Source: Octopus sinensis (taxonomy: Eukaryota). Taken from it: DNA of 64,000 nucleotides. Each line of letters begins with the position of its first letter. The stretch's first letter is position 1. The DNA is taken from assembly GCF_006345805.1 (NCBI RefSeq), contig NW_021829600.1:1-64000 (forward strand). The letters are read 5' to 3'. The position numbers and the translations under genes are program-made. Positions 12,243 to 23,047 of the stretch are shown here, piece after piece. Under the pieces are notes generated by a model. That model did not search any database. It saw only the letters and a list, made by a program, of their open reading frames with translations, and was not told the origin of the DNA.

Positions 12243-12456
12243 AAAATGCACTGATGCAGTACCAGGCAGTGGCTCTCGTGGCTTCTGATCTTAACTGATT
12301 GGAAGTGTTATCATGTACATTGTTATCATGTACATTATTTTATCGACCTGAAATGATGAAAGGTAAAGTCGATCTCGGTGGAATTTGAACTGAGAACGTA
12401 GCGGAAGACGAAGTACCTCAAAGCATTTTGCCCGGCGATTCTGCCAACTCGCCGCC

Positions 12457-12520
<64 letters not shown>

Positions 12521-12677
12521 TATTTTTTGACATTCACTAGTACAACACTAAATACAAAACCAAATATATGGCACACTAGGCATAACAACATCACGAACTT
12601 CCAACCTGTTGTCTCTTGAGGTCTTTGGGTGAGACTTGGAGCCAACTTGTACAAATATAAAGCAAAAGTCAGACATA

Positions 12678-12756
<79 letters not shown>

Positions 12757-12760
<4 letters not shown>

Positions 12761-13314
12761 GCCCTGATGCAGTACCAGGCAGTGGCTCTCATGGCTTCTG
12801 ATCTTAACTGATTGGAAGTGTTATCATGTACATTGTTTTGTCTTGGTATAAAAGATGGGCTACAGCAAATATTCTGCTCAATACCACAAATTTGCTTGTC
12901 AGTTGTTTGACCTTAACCAGTTGAGCATGTCCCTTAGTGGCTGACGATATGTGCATCTCTGATCACGAGCAGAAGTAGTGGGGGAGCATCATAGCCATGT
13001 GTTGAGAAGGATTCTTTGGGGTTTGAATAATTCACCTCTGGAAACATAGGTGTTTCGTTCAACGTCCTTAAACAACCCTTATTCAGGGACCTTTTGAGCG
13101 GGATAGGTTACTCGATCTGAAGAAAATTCTAACTGGGCTCCACCTGCAAGGTCATGTGCTGTTTATCTTGATATGAGATCACCATGTCGCGCACATATGG
13201 TTGTGATGCATGTGCCTGGTGTACCCTTATCAGACGGGTAGTCATGATGGGTATACTGGGCTTCGTATATTTTACCCCAGTGTCACTTTGATGGCATGCT
13301 CTGCTCGCTCACTC
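12757..13314 (+). mobile_element. Repeat family C, longer copy flanked by (TAA)n on both sides
   Basis: Homologous to 3745-4178. Ends CTCGCTCACTC(AAT)n. Confidence 0.7.
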
Positions 13315-13336
13315 AATAATAATAATAATAATAATA

Positions 13337-13384
<48 letters not shown>

Positions 13385-13437
13385 TAATATAATAATAATA
13401 ATATAATAATAATAATAATAATATAATGATGATAATA

Positions 13438-13469
<32 letters not shown>

Positions 13470-13795
13470 TAATAATAATAATATAATAATATATAATAAT
13501 AATAATAATATAATATAATAATAATAAGAATAATAATACTAATAATATAATAATAATAATAATAATAATATAATAATAATAATAATGATGATAATAATAA
13601 TAATAATAATAATAATAATATAATAATAATATAATAATAATAATAATAATAATACTAATAATATAATGATGATAATAATAATAATAATAATAATATAATA
13701 ATAATAATATGATAATAATAATAATATATATAATAATAATAATAATAATAATATAATAATAATAATAATAATATAATAATAATAATAATAATAAG
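13315..13795. repeat. ~480-bp degenerate (AAT)n array
   Basis: Read directly from the sequence. Confidence 0.95.
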
Positions 13796-14241
13796 GAATT
13801 ATAATAACACCTAGAAACGGCGCTATATTGCGCCGAGACTGTTCGCATTTGCTCTGTTCATAACACTGCAGCTTTGCTAACCTTGCTTGTTTTAATTTAT
13901 TTCTAACCGATATTTGGAATCATTAACATTTCAGAATTTTGTTATTTGAACTTTTGTTTAGCTTCCATGTTTATATTTTACGGTAAAATACGTCGCATTA
14001 AAATATTAAGGGCAACAATTCTAAATATTTCTAGTTTATTAACAAACAATTGATGACGCATAATGACAAATACTAACACACTTTGGATTTCTTTGTGTAT
14101 GTGTTTTTGTTGTTGTTGTTGCTGTTACTGTTGTTGTTGTTGTTGTTGTTATTTACTTCCTGTCCTGCTCGAGCAGACCTATGATTAAAGGCGTTCCAAC
14201 TCCGACCATCCACTGTGTATTTTGTGTTGCTAGATGTATAA

Positions 14242-14646
<405 letters not shown>

Positions 14647-15644
14647 TGAGTATATGTAAAACGATATGATTTGAGTGAGGTCTTGATACTCTTTCTAGAA
14701 GGTCGAACAAGGTTCCTTGTTGACTTTTGTATACGTATCAGTGTATATGAATGAATATGCAGGTGTTTGTATGTATGTGTGTATATACGTATGTATTTGT
14801 GCGTGTATATATATGTAAGAGAGTGTGTGTGTGTGTGTGTGTCTGTTAATACCATAGTCTAATATTAAGTTCTTAGTAATCCAAACTTATGGAACAAGAA
14901 GAGTCATTTCTAGGGGACTTGTACAGGGCGTGCCCGACTCCAGACTTCTAAATAGATGAGGGTCCTTCGACTCTGTCGCCTCAATGAAATTCCTTATACA
15001 CACACACATACACAGCGTGAGAGATATCCATATACAGAGAAAGAGTGAAAGAGGGTGTGGTAAAGAGGGATCTTTTCTGTTGCTGTCACAGATTTTTAAA
15101 TTCTAAAATTAAGTGAGAACTTTCGAATTTGGTATATTAATGTACTTTTCACGCTGAATCCGATTTTGTGATTTATTTAATCCAGAAAAAATTTTATAAA
15201 AATGTTTCATTGGTTTTAAAGTTTGACAATTTTTACCCAATCAGAAAACAAGATTTGAAAGCTATCATTTCTTGCGTGATAGCTGTCTATGACAAAATGA
15301 AATTAAAACACAGCAACGAAGTTTTAAACAAAATGAAAACAATTGCGTACCACATCAAGAGAGCATGCAAGAGAGAGGGGAAGTAGCATGCAAGAGAGAT
15401 ATACGTATACAAAGCGAGAGAGAGAGTGATAAAGAGTGTAGTAAATATATAGGGAGGGAGACAAGGCAGAGAGAGCTAGATAGAAACAGATAAAGAGTGA
15501 TAGATTTGCCGATTTAAAAGTTATTTCTCGTAGAAAATTATATTTTTAATTAATTATAACCGAAGACCTTGTCGCTGGGCTGCAGATTTCAAAAATTAAC
15601 ATTTCTGTGACATATCGACATACATACACACATGCACTATCATT

Positions 15645-15709
<65 letters not shown>

Positions 15710-15759
15710 CACTATCATTTGTGAGTGTGTATATATATATACTTACTTGGAAAAGAATG

Positions 15760-16200
15760 TGTGAATAATATATAAATATATGCATATATACATACATATA
15801 TGTACATACCCACATATATATGTATATATGCATGCATATATGAGTACAGGACATCAAAAAGACGTGCACATAATGAGAGACGAAAACATAAAAACAAAAA
15901 CAGAAAACGAACTTTTTTTCGAACAACAAAAAATAAACAGAGAACCGAGACATGCAACATAAAGAACATTCCCTTCATTAGTTGTCCCTGTTTCATCTAC
16001 TCCGCGCTCTGAAGGCAAGGACAATACGCGACTTCGTTGAAGCAGTCCTTCCCGCAAAGCAAATTAAATAAAATTTGGGATTTTTTCCGGGGGGTGAAAG
16101 TGGTAACAAAAACAGACAGAGAGAACAAGACAGTAGAAACAAACGGTGAGCGCTGTTAAGCCAAGACGATGTGAACGCTGGAAAGACGAGCTGTGAGAAG
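15760..16200 (+). repeat. Repeat family F, (TA)n-anchored interspersed repeat (possibly a Penelope-type terminal repeat)
   Basis: GAGTACAGGACATCAAAA...CAGTCCTTCCCGCAAAGCAAATTAAATAAAATTT recurs at ~47400-47865; partial reverse copy at ~51560-51810. Class is a guess. Confidence 0.6.
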
Positions 16201-17589
16201 CTAGTTTTAAAAATAAAATAAAATAAATAATCATTTGTAGAACATTATAGAAAAGGGGTAAAATGGCTTATATACCAAAACTATGGTAAGGTATATTTAG
16301 CTTATTAACATCAATAGGTAATATATTTTTAGAAAAAATTTAATAATTCAAAATGTTAGACTAAAAATTATATTTACTTGTCACGATAATATCTATGAAA
16401 GACTGATGTTTAATGTCGCCAAAAGAAATAATTAAGTTATGGAACAAAAAAATTATTATCATCTAATCTTTTTATAAAATTAAGTGTTTATTATAGGTTT
16501 AATCAAATTGTTATTATTATACCTTACATGATATTTATATTTTCTAATTGGTACTTATTTAGAAATGTTATTTATATAAAGCTCTTTATACATACTAAGC
16601 TCAGGAGGGTAGAGCTATCTGAGAGAAAGAGAAATCAAGTAATTCCTTCAAAAACTTTTCAATGTTATCATGCTGTATAAGGTTATAAAGTATTATTTAG
16701 GGTAACCAAAAATATTATTAAGAATGAGACTTTTAACAAACAGGATACCACAATTGACTTGTATACCAACATCCTTTAACTACAATGGAGGGAGGTAACA
16801 GAAAAATGCAAAGAAAAAGAAATAGATTAATGTTTATATACTTCTTAACTTATCTAAAAACTTTACTTATTATAAGGTTTCTGTGGAGATTGATCAAATG
16901 GATTTAACTAATATTTAATATTTAATAAGAGTAACTGAGGTTAAAAAACACGCCCACTATATACTGATTTAATTAAAATTTTATTTATTTATTTAATTTA
17001 AAATTTAGTGGAGATATAAGTAATATTATAGTTTTTAAAGAGTTCTTATTTGGAGGGGCTATTTAAAATCAATTTAAATATCAAAATTAAGGGAATTAAA
17101 CATTTTAAGAAAAAGGGATGAAAAATTGTATTACTGAAACTAATAATACGTCACTTTTTGTATAAGGCTTTCATGGATATTTACCATTTAGATGAGTGAA
17201 CAAATATATTATAAATTAGTTAAATCTTAATTTAGGCAGTTAAAATTTTGGCATTTAAATTTTAAAACTTTTGAAGATACCTATATTGTTTATTATAAGT
17301 TAAGTATGGTTATAAAGGGGTACAACAATTTAGACTTATATAAAGGTAATTATAGAGTATTGAAAAATATTAGGTAGAGTAGAAACATCACAGAAACAGA
17401 TGTGAAAATAGCTAAATCCCTAAAATTTTGATGGAGTATGTATACAACTTAGTAACTTCAATAGATGAAATTTATAGAATATATGCGATAATTTTAGAAA
17501 TTAAAAATTATTTACTCAATTTGTCTATAGTTTTGACTAAAAAATTAATGTTGCAGGGTATGCTATTTATGCATTGGTTTTAAAACTAA

Positions 17590-18508
17590 GAGGTATATTT
17601 TAAGATTTAAAAATTCAGGAATAATACGAGGGGCGTTCAATAAGTAATGCCTCTGACCCACTTCCCATTGCAGTAGAGCAACGAAACTTGGCACAGTTAT
17701 TAGTCTTTTTCTACATAGGAACCACCCAGAGTTATGCATTTCTCCCATCGTTTGATGCAGCTCTGGAGACCGTTTTTGTAGAAGACCCCTGCTTGGTCCT
17801 CCAACCACGACGTGACTTCGAGGTATATTTTAAGATTTAAAAATTCAGGAATAATACGAGGGGCGTTCAATAAGTAATGCCTCTGACCCACTTCCCATTG
17901 CAGTAGAGCAACGAAACTTGGCACAGTTATTAGTCTTTTTCTACATAGGAACCACCCAGAGTTATGCATTTCTCCCATCGTTTGATGTAGCTCTGGAGAC
18001 CGTTTTTGTAGAAGACCCCTGCTTGGTCCTCCAACCACGACGTGACTTCGAGGTATATTTTAAGATTTAAAAATTCAGGAATAATACGAGGGGCGTTCAA
18101 TAAGTAATGCCTCTGACCCACTTCCCATTGCAGTAGAGCAACGAAACTTGGCACAGTTATTAGTCTTTTTCTACATAGGAACCACCCAGAGTTATGCATT
18201 CTCCCATCGTTTGATGTAGCTCTGGAGACCGTTTTTGTAGAAGACCCCTGCTTGGTCCTCCAACCACGACGTGACTTCGAGGTATATTTTAAGATTTAAA
18301 AATTCAGGAATAATACGAGGGGCGTTCAATAAGTAATGCCTCTGACCCACTTCCCATTGCAGTAGAGCAACGAAACTTGGCACAGTTATTAGTCTTTTTC
18401 TACATAGGAACCACCCAGAGTTATGCATTTCTCCCATCGTTTGATGCAGCTCTGGAGGCCGTTTTTGTAGAAGACCCCTGCTTGGTCCTCCAACCACGAC
18501 GTGACTCC
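17590..18508. repeat. Four ~230-bp tandem units, each 37 bp of flank plus ~193 bp of mariner end
   Basis: Units start at 17590, 17820, 18050 and 18279. TIR copies start at 17627, 17857, 18087 and 18316, each preceded by TA. Confidence 0.92.
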
Positions 18509-19571
18509 AGAAATCAAGGCTGCATCATCTGGGAAACGCTTTCCTTTCAAAAACAACTTCATGGCTGGAAAAATCAGAGGGTGCAAGGTCAGGAGAGTAA
18601 GGGGGTTGGGGGAGGAGTTCATAGACGCACGCCTGTGCTTCTGATCTGGCGACACGCGAGTTGTGGACCAGAGCGTTGTCCTGCAGGAGGAGGATGCCTT
18701 TGCTGATTTTGCCCCGCCTCTTGATTTTGATAGCTTCTCTTAATTTCCTCAAAAGTGAAGCATAATAGGCTCCTGTAATTGTGGTACCCTTTGCCAGGAA
18801 ATCTGTCATCACTACTCCGTTCTGGTCCCAGAAGACTGTGAGCATGACCTTGCCAGCGGAGGGCTGCACACTTGCCTTCTTTGGAGGAGGTGAGTCACGG
18901 TGCTTCCACTGCATTGACTGGGCTTTGGTCTCTGGATCATAGTGATGGACCCAGGTTTCATCCTGTGTAATCAGTCTTTTGAAAAATTTTGACTCATCTT
19001 CTTGGCACATCTCCAAATTCGTCCTCGAGCACTCGACGCGTTCTTGCTTCTGGAAAGGTGTGAGCAACCTGGAAATCCGTCTGGCAGACACCTTTTGCAT
19101 ATGCAAATGGTCATGAATGATAGTTTCCACAGACCCGGTACTAATCTTGACCTCATGGGCTATTTGGCGAATAGTTATGCGTCGATCTTCCAAAATGGCA
19201 GCTTCAACTTGACGGACAGATGCCTCATCAATGGCAGAAGGGGGGTGACCAGATCTGGGAGCTGTTTCCACAGAGTTCCGACCATGTTTGAATTCACGAT
19301 GCCAGCGTTTTACAAGATCATATGATGGGGCATCATCACCATAAGTTACTTTCATTTCATCAAAAGTATCCCGTGGTGTGCGTCCTTTCAAATACAAAAA
19401 CCGGATCACTGCTCGACGCTTAACAGGCTCCATTTCATACTTGACTCAGTTCAAACACCTGTAAATCAGAAACCACAATTAGTTCAGACATAAAAATTTG
19501 CACATGCAAAATTTCAGCTAGATCAAACAACTGCAAGTGGATCAGGGGCAGTACTTATTGAACGTCCCTCG
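18316..19571 (-). mobile_element. Mariner DNA transposon, copy 2
   Basis: Same TIR and internal sequence as 5739-7000. Right end TACTTATTGAACGTCCCTCG at ~19552-19571. Confidence 0.95.
18389..19433 (-). pseudogene. Mariner D,D34D transposase with one late frameshift
   Basis: 302-aa ORF with ITQDETW, LQDNA and YSPDLAPSD (34 residues between the 2nd and 3rd D). The C-terminus MKLFLKGKRF...GGSYVEKD lies in another frame (18389..18655). Confidence 0.93.
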
Positions 19572-21336
19572 CAAAATATTATTTTCTAAAATATTTGAAG
19601 GTACGGGTAGTGCTATGTAAACACGATACCCTAGTTCTAAATGGTTATTTAACAGGTTTACATTATCCACTGCCGGCGGTGGTGTTCCAGTTGGCTTGTT
19701 CTAGTTGGTGTTGTTGTTGGTGGTGATTGTCTTTGATGCTGTTGCTGTTCTTATCTTTGTCGTCTTCATTGATATTGTCATTGTTGCTGTTGCCGTTGTT
19801 GTTAGTGTTGTTTATAAACATTACAACAGATGTTTATTGCCATCCATCCGGATGTGGACTTTGATATCCTCAAACTTTGATTAATCTAGCCACCCTCGTC
19901 ACTTCTACTCTCATCCACCTCATCCTCATATCTTCTTGGTTTCACGCCTGCACTCTACTAGCTTTCATCCCTCACTCACCACATTACACACACAATCACA
20001 CACGAACACATACGCACTCGAACACACACACACACACACCACACACACACACATCATATCACATTGCTCTTTCATTTCAATTTCTTCACCAATCCTAAGA
20101 TATACAACCAAAAAACTCAACACCGCTTTCTCATCTCTTTCTTCCTCACTCATCGACGAAGAGCGAGATCCCAAAACGTTAGATTTTCGCTTTTCATAGT
20201 ATTTAAACTTAATAAACAATGGCGGTGCCCCAGCATGGCCACAGCTCGTTAGCTGAAACTAGATAAAATAAAATAAAATAAAACCCTCTTATGAACACTC
20301 CTAACATTAGTGAAAGCTGGCACAGACATGGTCGCGTGAATAAGAAGTTCCCTTCGCATATACGTGGTTTCGGGTTAGATCCCACTTTGCCGTGTCTTGG
20401 GTAAGTGTCTCTTTTCATGGAATTAAGTCGGACAAAGCTTTGTGAGAGAAGTTTAGCAGATGGAAACTGTACGGAATCCCGTTTAGTGGATTATACCTAT
20501 TCTTGAATAGTTGACTAAAACTATCATCTGGTTTAACATCCTTACTTGTCCTTAGGGACATTTACTCTCATGCAGGTATTCCGGCTAGGCTTCCAGCTTG
20601 AAGACAACTTCCTCCTTCCAGGCAGTCTTGGAGGCACTGAATAGCCGTGGGTGCTACACTGCAACTTTATCTAAGCCATTTAAAGAAATAGATGCAAGAA
20701 AAAACTTTACAGTTCTTACCATTTGTACGATAAGTGATCTGAATTTTAAACTGGTTCTCTTAACTTATTTTCTCATTTATTCATTTGTCCTTTTCCCTGG
20801 AAAAAAGATTTTTGATTCGGCAGGTCAGCTCTCTTAAGACATTGGTCTTAGATGTTGTTCTGTTCTGTTAGGTCAACATCTAGAACTGTTTATTTATTCA
20901 CAAATTAATTCGACCACAAACAAAAGCACCCCCACCCCATTCACTTTGTCTAGATTTAGGTGTTTCTGCGTATTAAATATAGTTATTGAACTATAATTCT
21001 AGATTTAGGCATCTCCAATGTTGCCAATACGGCGGCTAGAAATAGTAAGCAAATATCTCTCAACTCACACCTTATAATCTTTAAAAAGAAAGACTACATT
21101 GAATGATCTAGACCCAGATACCACTAGAATGGTAGGATAGTCGAAGCCGAAAGTTTTTAATTAAAGGTCTGCCTGATGAGGGCTGACGTGAAATTGAAAC
21201 AACATAAAGATCTTTGGAATTATAACCTTAAATAAAACAATAATAATCGATCTAATAGGACCCCTTTCAACTTTAGTGCAGCTATAATTGTGCCGCATGG
21301 TCACACTGTATGCTTGCAGATATGTACTTAAATGTA

Positions 21337-21391
<55 letters not shown>

Positions 21392-21404
21392 ATCTATCTA
21401 TCTA

Positions 21405-21500
<96 letters not shown>

Positions 21501-21508
21501 AGAGATAG

Positions 21509-21565
<57 letters not shown>

Positions 21566-21590
21566 TAGATATAGATAGATAGATATAATA

Positions 21591-21630
<40 letters not shown>

Positions 21631-21641
21631 ATAGATAGATC

Positions 21642-21687
<46 letters not shown>

Positions 21688-21691
21688 TGAT

Positions 21692-21771
<80 letters not shown>

Positions 21772-21776
21772 TAGAT
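21337..21776. repeat. Compound microsatellite (TATC)n-(TC)n-(TA)n-(GA)n-(GATA)n
   Basis: Read directly. The arrangement is self-complementary about the (TA)n tract. Confidence 0.95.
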
Positions 21777-21944
21777 ATGTATATAAGCTCTGGGGATGAT
21801 TTGTTCGACTAAAAAATCATTAAAGGCGGTGCTCCAGCATGGACATAGTCAAATGACTCAAACAAGTAACAGAATATATATATACATACACAGAGTATAT
21901 ATATACAAATTCGTTTATATATACACACACAAAACTTTTCATAT

Positions 21945-22435
21945 AGATTTATTTCTCTATTGCCTACAAGGGGCTAAACACAGAGGGGACGAACAAAGGG
22001 ATTTAGTCGATTCCAGTGCGTAACTGGTACTTATTTAATCGATCCCGAAAGGATGAAAAGCAAAGTTGACCGCGGCGGAATTTGAACTCAGGACGTAACG
22101 GCAGACGAAATGCCTATTTCTTTACTACCCACAAGGGGCTAAACACAGAGAGGACAAACAAGGACAGACGGATTAAGTCGATTACATCGACTCCAGTGCG
22201 TGACTGGTACTTATTTAATCGATCCCGAAAGGATCAAAGGTAAAGTCGACCTCGGCGGAATTTGAACTCAGAACGTAGCGGCAGACGAAATACCGTCTAC
22301 CAAATCCACCCACAAGGCTTTGGTTGACTCGAAGCTATAGTAGAAGACACTTACCCAAGGTGCCACGCAGTGGGACTCAACCCAGAACCGTGTGTTGGGA
22401 AGCAAGCTCATCACACCATCACGCCTGCTCCTAAC
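21945..22435 (-). mobile_element. SINE A head fused to two tandem SINE B bodies
   Basis: On the minus strand, family A runs to GGTAGACGG and continues as family B TATTTCGTC (~22294). A second B junction lies at 22114/22115. Confidence 0.75.
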
Positions 22436-22767
22436 GGTAAATAGTTTTGTGTGTGGTGGTGTGTGTGTGTGTGTGTGGTGTTGTGCGCGCTGCGTATTGT
22501 GTATATATTATATATATCTATATATATATATATATATATATATCGTCCATATCCCTTTTCTTTTTCGTACGCAAACATGAATGTTATGATCCGTCAATTC
22601 TTCTGAATGTAGCTTAAACAGATAACAACAGATTAGATCCTTGGTGAAGTCCAGGTATACCCCATTTATATTTAAGTGGCGGAGTAATTGCTTTGACATC
22701 TAGTTACCAGAGCAGAGGTTTCTTTTTCAAATTTTCAAATTTGGTGCAGCTAAATGTGTGTGTATAC

Positions 22768-22804
<37 letters not shown>

Positions 22805-22904
22805 TATATAAATGCATGTGTATTTTTTCAATGGGTAAAAATAACACGGATAAAATAAATAGTTACAAGGGTAGCTAAAAAATAACATAATTGCCAAGGA
22901 TATT

Positions 22905-22991
22905 ACCCCCACCCCCTCCAAAGCCCAACCGTTCTCCTCACCGTGGTGCTGGGGGTGGCAACAGCATATGGTAAGTATGCTGGCTAAACGG
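22905..22991 (+). ncRNA. Candidate HDV-like self-cleaving ribozyme at the RTE 5' end
   Basis: P1 ACCCCCA 22905-22911/TGGGGGT 22950-22956; P2 CCGT/ACGG; P3 CTCC/GGTG around L3 TCACCGT; GGCAA; P4 CAGCATA/TATGCTG; J4/2 G-C(22984)-TAA. Confidence 0.65.
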
Positions 22992-23047
22992 CTCTGGCCT
23001 GGGGAAAGACCTGGCCACCTACCCCAGTATCCTGGCCAATATACTCT

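Noticed and set aside
16210-17590. Mitochondrial insertion (NUMT)
   Set aside because: Hand translation of sampled segments with the invertebrate mitochondrial code gave no recognisable mitochondrial protein, and no rRNA or tRNA motif was seen. Not fully excluded without BLAST.
17590-18508. Regular repeat array as a CRISPR candidate
   Set aside because: Units are 230-bp near-identical tandem copies of a mariner end, with no unique spacers and no cas genes, in eukaryotic context.
21173-21200. CTGATGAG...GAAAC as a hammerhead
   Set aside because: No stem II, stem III or cleavage-triplet pairing. It lies in a decayed repeat tail related to ~39245-39440 and ~41430-41640, which lack the motif.
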